Source: Octopus sinensis
Taxonomy: Eukaryota
Length of the DNA stretch: 64,000 bases
Direction of reading: 5' to 3'
NCBI RefSeq assembly: GCF_006345805.1
Contig: NC_043007.1
Location: forward strand, 744,001 to 808,000
Shown here: one piece after another, positions 25,958 to 37,804 of the stretch
How positions within the stretch are numbered: position 1 is the first letter of the stretch
Layout: every line of letters starts with the position of its first letter
Made by a program: the position numbers and the translations under genes
The notes under the pieces: generated by a model
Told to the model about the DNA's origin: nothing
Seen by the model: only the letters and a program-made list of their open reading frames with translations
Databases searched by the model: none

Positions 25958-27181
25958 CCCTTTTGTTGCTGTATTTATTTCGAGATGCTCTGTGTCCTTT
26001 TCAATTAATTCTAAATATAACAAAGAATTTAGTAAAAGAACTTGGTTTATCATTCAGCTAGTGTTAAGAGCATAAATTGTGACTAAGGTTTGGTGGAAGA
26101 TTTTAATTCAGAACTTATGAAAACAAGACATTTATCCTTCAGAGCCAAAGGTGGTTTCAGCCGGGTTGGTATCAAAATGGTTAAGAATTGTTTCTCTATT
26201 ATATATTTTAACCCTTTCATTATCATATTTCTGTTGAGATGCTCTGTGTTTCTTTCAATTCATTTTAAAATATAACAAAGAATTTAGTAAAAGAACTTGG
26301 TTTATCATTCAGCTAGTGTTAAGAGCATAAATTGTGACTAAGGTTTGGTGGAAGATTTTAATTCAGAACTTATGAAAACAAGACATTTATCCTTCAGAGC
26401 CAAAGGTGGTTTCAGCCGGGTTGGTATCAAAATGGTTAAGAATTGTTTCTCTATTATATATTTTAACCCTTTCATTATCATATTTCTGTTGAGATGCTCT
26501 GTGTTTCTTTCAATTAATTTTAAAATATAACAAAGAATTTAGTAAAAGAACTTGGTTATCATTCAGCTAGTGTTAAGAGCATAAATTGTGACTAAGGTTT
26601 GGTGGAAGATTTTAATTCAGAACTTATGAAAACAAGACATTTATCCTTCAGAGCCAGAGGTGGTTTCAGCCGGGTTGGTATCAAAATGGTTAAGAATTGT
26701 TTCTCTATTATATATTTTAACCCTTTCATTATCATTTTCTGTTGAGATGCTCTGTGTTTCTTTCAATTAATTTTAAAATATAACAAAGAATTTAGTAAAA
26801 GAACTTGGTTATCATTCAGCTAGTGTTAAGAGCATAAATTGTGACTAAGGTTTGGTGGAAGATTTTAATTCAGAACTTATGAAAACAAGACATTTATCCT
26901 TCAGAGCCAGAGGTGGTTTCAGCCGGGTTGGTATCAAAATGGTTAAGAATTGTTTCTCTATTATATATTTTAACCCTTTCATTATCATATTTCTGTTGAG
27001 ATGCTCTGTGTTTCTTTCAATTAATTTTAAAATATAACAAAGAATTTAGTAAAATAACTTAATTATCATTAAGATAAGTGTTAGGAACATAAATTGGAAG
27101 ATTTTAATTCAAAATTTACGAAGACAAGACATTTGTACTACAGAGACAGAGGAGGTTTCAGGCAGTTTGGTATCAAAAGGG
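25958..27181. mobile_element. Tandem array of five piggyBac-like MITE units (~254-bp period)
   Basis: Each unit is TTAA|CCCTTT...CAAAA(T/G)GG|TTAA plus a ~24-bp spacer GAATTGTTTCTCTATTATATATT. Confidence 0.88.
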
Positions 27182-27333
27182 TTAAACACACCTCTACATT
27201 TGGGCAGATGCACATTAGAAGCAGTTAGAAGGGTGTAGATTGAAGGAAATTTAGGTTATTATTTCTAGCATATAGAGTGACCACATTGAGGTCTCCTTCT
27301 CTTATGTCTTCTGTTGATTATTTTTCTTCTTAA

Positions 27334-27555
27334 CTCTTTTGTTACCATATTTCTGTTGAGATGCTCTGTGTTTCTTCCAATTAATTTTAAATGTAACAAA
27401 GAATTTAGTAAAATAACTTATTTATCATTAAGCTAATGTTAGGAACATAAATTGTGACTAAGGTTTGGTGGAAGATTTTAATTCAAAACTTATGAAAACA
27501 AGACATTTGTACTACAGAGCCAGAGAAGGTTTCAGCCAGGTTGGTATCAAAAGGG
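27334..27555. mobile_element. Solo copy of the same piggyBac-like MITE
   Basis: TTAA|CTCTTTTG ... CAAAAGGG|TTAA; collinear with the array units. Confidence 0.88.
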
Positions 27556-27587
27556 TTAAGCAGCAATCATAATGTTGGCATTTTGAT

Positions 27588-27805
27588 ACCTGGCACGAAT
27601 CATCTTGATACAGGTAACTCTTTTCCAATATTCAGATGACTTCCGGTCCTCCATGTCAGCTGCTATATTTTTTCTCAACTCATACAATTTCAATCTTTAT
27701 GCTCTCCAACATCGTTGACTCTTCACCAATACATCAAACTGTGTCTGAAAAAAAGGAGACATGAATAAAAGAAAAAACCCCACCAGATTTATCCCGGACA
27801 CCCCG
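27588..27805 (-). mobile_element. Tc1/mariner 5' end fragment with possible transposase N-terminus
   Basis: Terminus CGGGGTGTCCGGGA resembles the TIR at 31379-31403. ATG at 27654 gives MEDRKSSEYWKRVTCIKMIRA, a Tc1-like 'KR..I...RAG' start. Confidence 0.55.
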
Positions 27806-28040
27806 AAATGTTGCCTTAATCCCAATTTCTAGTGATTTTGCTTTATTTATACTCCTAATACCCTTGGGGAAGAAAGCAGATCATCGCAATCTCTTACATA
27901 TGTATCTTTTCTAAAACACTAGGCGTCTCTGTGCCAAGCCACAAAGAAATCTGGCAGACATCAAAGTAGTCATACTCGTAATGTGTACTTGCTGGTGTTA
28001 CTAATAAATATTAGTGCATTGATCTAAATATATATATATA

Positions 28041-28825
28041 GGCACAAGGGTGGCTGTGTGGTAAGAAGCTTGCTTCCAAACTGCGTGGTTCTGGGTTCAG
28101 TCCCACTGCGTGGCACCTTGGGCAAGTGTCTTCTACTATAACCTCGAGCCGACCAAAGCCTTGTGAGTGGATTTGGTAGACGGAAACTGAAAGAAGCCCA
28201 TCATATATATGCCGCTCGGCTGATAGAATAAGTACTAGGCTTACAAAGAATAAGTCCTGGGGTTGATTTGCTCGACTAAAGGCGGTGCTCCAGCATGGCC
28301 ACAGTCAAATGACTGAAACAAGTCAAAGAGTAAAAGAGTAAAAGAGTGTATATACATATAGGTGCAGGAGTGGCTGTGTGGTAAGAAGCTTGCTTCCTAA
28401 CCGCGTGACACTGGGTTCAGTCCCACTGTGTGGCACGTTGGGCAAATGTCTTCTGCTATAGCCTTGGGCCGACCAAAACTTTGCAAGTGGATTTGGTAGA
28501 TGGAAACTGAAAGAAGCCTATCATGTGTGTGTGTGTGTGTGTGTGTGTGTATCTACATGTGTGTGTGTGTGTATCTGCGTGTGTGTGAGTGTGTATCTGC
28601 GTGTGTGTCTTTGTGTCTTTGTGTCTGTGTTTATTTTTCCATTGTCGCTTGACAACCGGTGTTCGTGTGTTTGCTTTCCCCTAACTTAGCATTTTGGCAA
28701 AAGAGACTGATAGAATAAGTACTAAGCTTTAAAAAATAATTCCTGGGGTCGATTTGTTCAACAAAAACACTTCAAGGTGTTGCACCAGCATGGCCACAGT
28801 CAAATAATTGAAACAAATAAAAGAA
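28041..28825 (+). mobile_element. Two head-to-tail SINE family A copies
   Basis: Heads at 28041 and 28361; tails at ~28346 and ~28825. Confidence 0.9.
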
Positions 28826-29319
28826 TATACATACATATGTATGTATATAACGTGTGTGTGTGTCTGTGCATTTGCATTTGTCCTCTGCCACCCCTCCCTG
28901 ACAACGCAACCAGAGCTGGTTTGTTTATGTTCCCCCCCCTCCCATAACTTCGCGATTCACCAAAAAGAGATTAAGTACCAGATTAAAAGTAAAATAAGTC
29001 CTGGGGTCACTTCATTCAACTAAAACCCTTGAAGGCCGCAGTCCAATGACTGAAATACAAAAAAATTATTCAAAAAAAAATTTTTTTAAACAAAGAATCG
29101 GTGACAATAATTCCTGATCACAATGATTCCTGATCATAGATACACGTAGAGAAGGATTATTGATAGATTCTGTCTGGAAGGTTCTTCCTGTTGCAGGGTT
29201 GTTTTTTTTTATTTCTGGTGGTTTTCATTATTGTTGTTGTTACTGATGTTGTGGTTGTTGTTGTCCTAGGTGATGTTCTGGATGGTGTTGTCATTGGTAG
29301 TGGTTTTGATATGTCATCA

Positions 29320-29640
29320 TCATCCTTCTTCTTCTTCTTCTTCTTCTCCTTCTCCTCTTCCTCCTTCCCTTCTTCTTCTTCTTCTTCTTCTTCTTCTACT
29401 CCTTCTCCTTCTCCTCTTCCTCCTTCTCCTCTTCCTCCTTCCCTTCTTCTCCTTCTTCTTCTTCTTCTTCTTCTTCTTCTTCTTCTACTCCTTCTCCTTC
29501 TCCTCTTCCTCCTTCTCCTCTTCCTCCTTCCCTTCTTCTTCTTCTTCTTCTTCTCTTTCTTCCTTCCTCCTCCTCCTCCTCCTCCTCCTTCTTCTTCTTC
29601 TTCTTCTTCTTCTTCTTCTTCTTCTTCTTCTTCTCCCCCC
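29320..29640. repeat. (CTT/CCT)n polypyrimidine microsatellite
   Basis: Direct inspection. Confidence 0.95.
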
Positions 29641-29850
29641 CCCACCTTATAAATCTTTTTTAATGTATTTCATATGTTGAAAGAAGTCGGTGAAAAAATT
29701 TTAGTAAAAAAATTAAATTTTAATTTTAGATTAAGATGGATTGCAAGAGAATACCATTGATATTAAATAAGGCAAGCATTAAAAAAATATGTCAGTGTGT
29801 GTGTTTGCATATATGTATATACATATATATACATATATATATATATATAT

Positions 29851-30957
29851 CATCATCATCATCATCATCGTTTAGCGTCCGTTTTCCATGCTAGCATGGG
29901 TTGGACGGGTCAACTGGGGTCTGTGAAGCTGGAAGGCTTCGTCAGGCCCAGTCAGATCTGGCAGTGTTTCTACGGCTGGATGCCCTTCCTAACGCCAACC
30001 ACTCCGCGAGTGTAGTGGGTGTTTTTTACGTGCCACTTGCACAGGTGCCAGACAGAGCTGGCGAACGACCACGAACGGATGGTGCTTTTACGTGTCACCG
30101 GCACGGGGCCAGGCGATGCTGGCAACGGACACGAAACGTATGGTGCTTTTACGTGCCACCGACACGGGGCCAGACAGAGCTGGCAAACGGCCACGAGCGG
30201 ACGGTGCTTTTACGTGTCACCGGCACGGGGGCCAGCCGAGGCTGGCAACGGACACGGACGGATGGTGCTTTTATGTGCCACCGACACGGGGCCAGACAGA
30301 GCTGGCAAACGGCCACGAACGGATGGTGCTTTTACGTGTCACTGGCACGGGGGCCAGCCGAGGCTGGCAACGGACGCGAACAGATGGTGCTTTTACGTGC
30401 CACCGACACGGTTGCCAGACAGAGCTGGCAAACGGCCACGAGCGGACGGTGCTTTTACGTGTCACCGGCACGGGGGCCAGCCGAGGCTGGCAACGGACAC
30501 GGACGGATGGTGCTTTTATGTGCCACCGACACGGGGCCAGACAGAGCTGGCAAACGGCCACGAACGGATGGTGCTTTTACGTGTCACTGGCACGGGGGCC
30601 AGCCGAGGCTGGCAACGGACGCGAACAGATGGTGCTTTTACGTGCCACCGACACGGTTGCCAGACAGAGCTGGCAAACGGCCACGAGCGGACGGTGCTTT
30701 TACGTGTCACCGGCACGGGGGCCAGCCGAGGCTGGCAACGGACACGGACGGATGGTGCTTTTACGTGCCACCGACACGGGGCCAGACAGAGCTGGCAAAC
30801 GGCCACGAACAGATGGTGCTTTTACGTGCCACCGACACGGGGCCAGACGGAGCTGGCCAACGGCCACGAACGGACGGTGCTTTTACGTGTCACCGGCATG
30901 GGGCCAGGCGAGGCTGGCAACGAACACGAACAGATGGTGCTTTTACGTGCCACCGAC

Positions 30958-30958
<1 letters not shown>
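29851..30958 (-). mobile_element. RTE LINE 3' end with expanded 61-bp hairpin-unit array (15 full units)
   Basis: (CAT)n tail and RTE terminus at 29851-30029. Unit starts are at 30030, 30092, 30153, 30214 ... 30887, 30947. Confidence 0.93.
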
Positions 30959-31029
<71 letters not shown>

Positions 31030-31046
31030 ATGTACACACACACATA

Positions 31047-31403
31047 CAGGTTGTCCCAAAATTAAGGCAACCAATTTTTTTCAATTTTGTCGAGTGAGTC
31101 CATAGTTATGGCCACATCCAGATCAATCAGCAGTGGAACCAGAGAATTTTCCAGACAGTTGTTCCGTTAATTTTAAGCTTTGTTGCTATGGCTGTATTAT
31201 TACTCTCACCTTATTTGCGGAGAGTTATGATTGTATTTCAGTCTATAGCTGTTATTTAATTTATAAATCTGAACTTATTTAGTCTGAAGCAAAAAGAAGA
31301 CATATTAAGCTTTTATAATGATGTATAATTTTCATATCATATCACATTTATTGACAGTTAATAAACCTCAAAAGTTCAGTTGCCTTAATTTCCGGACACC
31401 CTG
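31047..31403. mobile_element. Tc1/mariner-type MITE, 357 bp, TA TSD
   Basis: TA|CAGGTTGTCCCAAAATTAAGGCAAC ... GTTGCCTTAATTTCCGGACACCCTG|TA; 25-bp TIRs with 3 mismatches. Confidence 0.9.
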
Positions 31404-31409
31404 TACATG

Positions 31410-31504
<95 letters not shown>

Positions 31505-31570
31505 TTAATCCAAACAGGTGGAGGAATAGAAGAAATGAAGATGAAGATGAAAATGAACAGAGAATATATT

Positions 31571-31740
31571 AGAATTAATTAGAATTTAATTATATTTTAA
31601 ACTATAGGAATTCACTTCACTGGTTTCATATTAGATTTCACAACACTGTTTCGTACGCTATACACTTTTAAAAATCTGATGAGAAACCAATAAAATGTAT
31701 TCTTATATTTTAAAAATATAATTAAAATATAATTAATTCT
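31571..31740. repeat. AT-rich inverted repeat (~68-bp arms), possibly Penelope-derived
   Basis: 31571-31638 is approximately the reverse complement of 31672-31740; the right arm starts AAATCTGATGAGAAAC. Confidence 0.7.
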
Positions 31741-31793
31741 CACTCTATTTCTAGGCATTTCCAACATTATTTCTTATATAGACAGACAGATAT

Positions 31794-32165
31794 CATTATC
31801 ATCATCATCATCATCATCATCATCGTTTAATGTCCGCTTTCCATGCTAGCATCGGTTGGACGATTTGACTGATTTCTGGCGAACCAGATGGCTGCACCAG
31901 GCTTCAATCTTGATCTGTCAGAGTTTCTACAGTTGGATGCCCTTCCTAACACCAACCACTCTGAGAGTGTTGTGGGTGCTTTTACGTGCCACCGGCACGA
32001 GGGCCAGTCAGGCAGTACTGGCAGTGGCCATGCTCAAATGGTGCTTTTTATGTGCCACCTGCACAGGAGTCAGTCCAGCGGCACTGGCAACGCCCTCACT
32101 CGAATGTTTTTTTCACATGCCACCAGCACAAGTGCTAGTAAGGTGACACAGGTAACGATCATGCT
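31794..32165 (-). mobile_element. RTE LINE 3' UTR fragment
   Basis: (CAT)n tail, conserved terminus and three hairpin units. Confidence 0.88.
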
Positions 32166-32355
32166 AGGAAGGATATATTATTTGGGCAGGTGCTGTATTA
32201 GCTCTCAATTAAGTTCCAGTTAATGGTTAACCACAACGATCAATATCTAACGTCTGCGACTATATTTAGTTGTTAGTCACTCTGTGAATTCTTTCAATGG
32301 GTAATTCTGTGTTCTCTTCAATGGACAGTAAAAATTGTCTGACATGTATATAATA

Positions 32356-32748
32356 CTAGCAGTATCGCCCGGCGTTGCTCAGGTTTGTTTCGACCCTTTA
32401 GAATTGGAATTTTTGAGAAGTCAAGATTTTGCATTATGTAGCTTGTTATTCTCTTCAAGTGAACATTTTTCTGGTTGAAATACACCGAAAAATGGCAACA
32501 CAGCAGTCAAAAAATCGTAAAAAATAGAGATTTTCATAGAAGAAAAAGCACCTTTTTGATGTAAATAATTTTTGGTGTTAACATGGTCCGATTTGAATTT
32601 TTTCTTCTACGGAAGGAAGAGCAAGCCTTCTTCTATCATACTCTCAATTTTGGTCAACTTGTGCTGTAGGGTCTCGGAGGAGATAGCATTAGTTGAAGGC
32701 TACCAAACCTGCCATACACAGACAACTTCAGCTTTATATATAGAGAGA
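32356..32748 (-). mobile_element. Non-autonomous Helitron, 393 bp
   Basis: Minus strand A|TCTCTCTATATATAAAG ... CCTGAGCAACGCCGGGCGATACTGCTAG|T: 5' TC, subterminal GC hairpin, 3' CTAG, inserted between A and T. Confidence 0.85.
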
Positions 32749-33012
32749 TTAATAATAATAAAGAGTATGGAGGCTTGTATGTCCACAAAATTTATTTTAT
32801 AGTTATATGTGGCATATTATAATGACCTACACATGTTTCCGCATCATCAGGAGCCTGATGAAGTTGCACTTACAATATTGCAAGGTTGAATCATCTGCAA
32901 CAGTGAGTAGTCGCTGCAGCAGAAACAATTGTAGGTCATTATGATATGTTGTATATAACTATAAAATAAATTTTGCGGATGTACATGTCTCCATACTCTT
33001 TATTATTGTTAA
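32749..33012. repeat. 91-bp-arm inverted repeat with hammerhead-like motifs (Penelope-like)
   Basis: 32749-32839 vs 32922-33012 are 78/91 identical as reverse complements; CTGATGA...GAAAC..GTA motifs occur on both strands. Confidence 0.8.
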
Positions 33013-33041
33013 TATTAATATAGATATACATATACATACAG

Positions 33042-33492
33042 ATCATCATCATCATCGTTTAACGTCCATTTTCCGTGCTGGCATGGGTTGGATGGTTTGA
33101 CTAGGGTCTGGGAAGCCAGGTAGCTGCACCAGTCTCCAATCTGATCTAGCAGTGTTACTACAGCTGGATGCCCTTCCTAACACCAACCACTCTGAGAGTG
33201 TAGTGGGTGCTTTTTACGTGCCACCAGCACAGGGGCCAGTGGAGATGGCATCAACCACGATCAGATGGTGCTTTTTACGTGCCACCGGCATGGAAGCCAG
33301 TCTAAGCGGCACTGGCATCGACCACATTCAGATGGTGCTTTTTATGTGCTACTGGCACAGGGGTCACAACTACAATTTCCATTTGATTTGATTTTGATAT
33401 TGATGTTGATGTTAATGTACTTGACTCAATAGGTCTCCTTAAGCATGGCATGTTGCTCTACGATCCAAGGTACTTTTGAGTGGGCTGGTTAT
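33042..33492 (-). mobile_element. RTE LINE 3' UTR fragment
   Basis: (CAT)n tail, terminus, three hairpin units and upstream UTR. Confidence 0.88.
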
Positions 33493-33574
33493 ACACACAC
33501 ACACATGTATATAATGCTATCAAATATTAAAAGAACAAACAAAATCATTCACCTCAAACTTTTCTATTCCTGAA

Positions 33575-33850
33575 CAGCCCTCACAGTTTCTCCAAATGCT
33601 GGACCTCATTATCATTGAGGACCCCTCCCAACAAAAGCACATCATTAGCTTAGTTAAGACCATATCCCAAGGATTGGTCCTTCGCTTCAGGGTTAGAAAA
33701 TATTTCAACCCACAACACCTTCTGACATTTAACATTGCTCAAATGAGGCTCACAATGAAAAACAGCCCCTACAACTAAGATGGTTTTGCTGCTCCTACAC
33801 CACACACTGGCATATTGGATTGCATTCAGAGGACAACTTGACTGACTGAC
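33575..33850 (+). mobile_element. Degraded CR1/Jockey-group LINE post-RT fragment
   Basis: LQMLDLII..D.SQQKHIISLVKTISQGLVLRFRVRKYFNPQHLLTFNIAQMRLTM resembles 'LG+.+...LSW..HI..+.K.AS..LG.L.R...YF....LL.LYKAQ+RP.MEY'. Confidence 0.65.
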
Positions 33851-34847
33851 ATTCAAACCCTAATTTACACACTCCTGGCCCACCATCTACAGTTTCTGCT
33901 CCGCAGTCTACAGTTTCTGGTGCGCAGTCTACAGGCCTGAAATTTTGGGGGAGGGGGCCAGATGATTTGATTGACCCCAGTATACAACTGGTGCTTAATT
34001 TATTAACCCCGAAAGGATGAAAGGCAAAAATCAACCTTGGCGGAATTTGAACTCAGAACATAAAGACAGACAAAAAACTGCAAAGCATTTTATCCAGCGT
34101 GCTAACAATTGTGCCAGCTTTCCGCCTTACCATTATCTTAAATAATGACAAAACCATTTTACTATATTCTTCGTTATTTAGAATGAAAATTGATTGAAAC
34201 AAAGCTCGTTTATTTGAATACGAAGAATTTGGTAACATAAGATTAGAATAAATAAAATAAAATCCGAAAACATCAAAAATGTAAATAATGCTATGTCTAG
34301 GTAAATTATCAAATGTATTGATTTCATATAAATATCAAATCTTGATGAAGGAGGAATAAATTTGGAATGAACGCCACTAATATTCACCATAGGAAAGAAA
34401 TTCCAAGAATGAAAGAGACAGGCAGACATCAGAGACAACTGTTACACAAAGCAGAACGCCGAGGTGATGTTGTGTGGGGTGGGGGTTTGGAGAAGATACC
34501 AATGACTGATTATTCTGTGAAAAGTTAATGAGTAAAGTTGGTGCTAGCATACTGTGGCCATGCTGCGGCACCCTCTTGAAGGGGTTTAGTCAAGCATTCC
34601 AACCTCAGTAGTTTATTTTTAAAACTGGTTGTTTTATCAGTTTCTCTTTGCCAAACCTCTAAGTAATGCATTTCATCTGTGTTTGTATGTTTTGAGTTCA
34701 AATTCTGCCGAGGTCAGCTTTGCCTTTCTTCCTTCCAGGGTCAATAAGATAAGTACCATTTGAATACTGGGGTTGATGTAATCGACTTACTCCCACCTCA
34801 AAATTGCTCGCTTTGTACCAAAATTTGAAACCATTATTATTATTAGG

Positions 34848-35393
34848 TGCCTCCACCTTAGCAAAAGCAGAGGTATTGTTTTCAGTTGCATTTGTTTGTC
34901 CATAGACAAGATATCTCAAGAACCACCTGATGGATCTGGTTGAAACTTTCAGGAATGTTTGGCCTCATGACTAGCACAAACTGATTAGATTTTGGGATCG
35001 ATCCGGAATCGGACAAGGATTCTGGAACATTTGTTATATATACCTTACATGAAGTATAACAATCTTATGTTAATTTTCAAGTCTTTCTCTGATTATCTCC
35101 CTTATATTATATATTATACATACATATTAACGCTTTACAGTACACTTACATATATACATACATCTATACATCGATCTAAAACAACAGGATCACTAAAGGA
35201 AGGCCGGAATTTAAAAGAAGAGAAAACCAAAAGGTCTCATACTATTCATTTAAAAATTCTTGAGTAGAGCTTATTACTTTTACCTCTGCCTTAGCAAAGG
35301 CAGAGGTATTGTTTTCAGTTGTGTTTGCTTTCTGGCTAATCGTTGAGAGGATGTTGGTGTTGCCTTGGGGGAGTTTGCACTCTCTGAGTGCTC

Positions 35394-35398
<5 letters not shown>
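34848..35398. mobile_element. Two partial copies of the Helentron/DINE-like element (34848-35030; internally deleted 35281-35398)
   Basis: CCTCTGCCTTAGCAAAGGCAGAGG hairpin and CTGAGTGCTCTTGT end, reverse-complementary to 23211-23580. Confidence 0.7.
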
Positions 35399-35429
<31 letters not shown>

Positions 35430-35671
35430 GTAAGCTGGCAGAATCATTAGCATGCCAGGCAAATGCTTAGCAGTATTTCACCCTTTGCTTCATTCTGAGT
35501 TCAAATTCCGTCAAGGTTGACTTTGCCTTTCATCCTTTCAGGGTCGATAAATTAAGTACCAGTGAAAAACTGGGATCCACTGTAATTGACTACTCCCCTC
35601 CCCCAAAATTTCAGGCCTTGTGCCTATAGCAGAAAGGTTTATTATTGTAATATTATTCTTATTATTATTAC

Positions 35672-35741
<70 letters not shown>

Positions 35742-35983
35742 TGGCAGAATTGTTAGCACACTGGGCAAAATGCTTAGTGGTATTTCATTCATCTATACAT
35801 TCAGAGTTCAAATTCCACCAGCATCAAGTTTGCCTTTCATCCTTTTGGAGGTCGATAAAATAAATACTAGTTACGCACTGGGGTCAATGTAATCGACTGG
35901 TCCCTTCCAATGTAACTGCTGGTCTTGTGTGCCAAAATTTGAAACCTTTATGCTTGTTGTTATTGCTGCTGCTGCTGCTGTTG

Positions 35984-36015
<32 letters not shown>

Positions 36016-36449
36016 GGTGGTGGTGGTGGTGGTGTCAAAAATTTGTTCGAGTGTCAGACAAAAGGCCTTGGGTGGGGGGTATACCTTCCAACTCTTTCTA
36101 CATTCTGAGTTCAATCCCTGCGAAAGTCAACCTTACCTTTCATCCCTCCAGGCTGATAAAACAAAACACAAATGAAATACTGGGATGGATGGATGGTATT
36201 GAGTAATCTCCTCCCCTTAAGATTCCAAGCTTTTTTCCTGAATCTGGAACCATTGTTATCATCATCATCATCACCATTATCATTATCATCATCATCATCA
36301 TCACCATTGTTATTATTGGTCAATGGCCAGTAATGTATTTTGTAATATACTTGGCCGTTAACCAGGGCATACAAGTTCACTTCTCACCTGAATCTTGCTA
36401 TTTTTAGCAGAGGATGAAGAATTCATTAATGTCAATACAAAGCAGGAAT

Positions 36450-36519
36450 TCACCATCATCATCATCATCATCATCATCATTATCATCAACATCATCATCA
36501 CTGATAATGTTGTTGTTAC

Positions 36520-36564
<45 letters not shown>

Positions 36565-36587
36565 CGGTGGCAGCAGTGGTGTAGGTG

Positions 36588-36622
<35 letters not shown>

Positions 36623-36662
36623 GGCTGTGGCAGTAGTGGCTGTGGCAGTAGTGGTGGTGGTG

Positions 36663-36700
<38 letters not shown>

Positions 36701-36777
36701 GGCGGTGGCAGTAGTGGTGGTGGTGGTGGTGGTGGTAGTGTTGTTGTTATTGTTGGTGGTGGTGGTGGTAGTAGTAA

Positions 36778-36813
<36 letters not shown>

Positions 36814-36860
36814 CGGTGGCAGTAGTGGTGGTGGTGGTGGTGGTGGTAGTGGTGGTGGTG

Positions 36861-36906
<46 letters not shown>

Positions 36907-36930
36907 GGGTTGTTGTTGCTGTTGTTTTGT
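36450..36930. repeat. Compound trinucleotide microsatellite (CAT/TAG/GGT)
   Basis: Direct inspection. Confidence 0.95.
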
Positions 36931-37456
36931 TATTCATGTTGCTAGCAGATGCCAGAGAGTGACACTAAATTCTTGGAAAAACAAGACAAGTCCACAGTCT
37001 TGTTTTCATTCACAGCCGGCGCCACCTTTCCTTCTGTTACGGTATTAATCTCTGTAGGGATGGGAGAGATGTTCAACACCAGTACTTTCCCATTTCCAAT
37101 ATTATCGAAAAATATCATGTACCCGGGTAGATTCACTTGACTAATGCCTGTTCTTTGGAAAATTTCAGCTTTTTGCCAAAATGGTAGAAAAAATCATTTC
37201 AATATTTATTTATTCTTTTTTTGAAATTTTAGAACTTTTTCCTTTTTACTTATTGCTGGTTCCAGTCATTGGACTGCGGCCAGGCTGGGGCAATGACCCG
37301 ATGGGCTTAATTGAATAAATCAACCCAGGTGCTTATTTATTTTTATATGTCTGGTATTTTTTCTATCGGGCTCTTTTGCTGAACTGCTAAGTTACAGGGA
37401 TGTAAGCAAACCATCAGTGGTTGTCAGGTAGTGATGGTGGGAACAAACACCACACA

Positions 37457-37501
<45 letters not shown>

Positions 37502-37804
37502 TCATATATGCACAAACAAATATATATATGACAGGCTTCGGTCTACCAAGTTCACTCACTAGAAACTGGTCAACCTGGAGCTATAATAAAAGCACTTGCC
37601 CATGGTGCCATGCAATGGCACCGGCCACAATCAGTTGGTGCTTTTCACGTGCTACCGGCACGGAAGCCAGTCAAGCAGCGCTGGCATCGGCCACGTTCGG
37701 ATGGTGCTTTTTACGTGCCACCGGCACAGGTATCACAACTACAATTTCCATTTGATTTTTTTGCCAATAATATATGTTAATATGTTAATAACATACGGTT
37801 ACTA

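Noticed and set aside
26090-27037. Three identical 61-aa ORFs as a tandem gene family
   Set aside because: They are by-products of the MITE array, use non-ATG starts and cross the TIR junctions.
27590-27744. Host exon with a strong acceptor and donor on the minus strand
   Set aside because: Stops in all three frames before the ATG; better explained as a Tc1/mariner 5' end.
29901-31105. Three long overlapping ORFs (337-398 aa) as a repeat protein, or the array as CRISPR
   Set aside because: The ORFs arise from a stop-free 61-bp unit antisense to a LINE UTR. There are no unique spacers or cas genes, and the context is eukaryotic.
36395-37048. Gly/Ser-rich (loricrin-like) and Thr-rich (mucin-like) ORFs
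   Set aside because: Pure trinucleotide microsatellite.
36942-37140. ORF with an Ig-like 'VNENKTVDLSC' motif
   Set aside because: No downstream Trp or second Cys, and an early stop.
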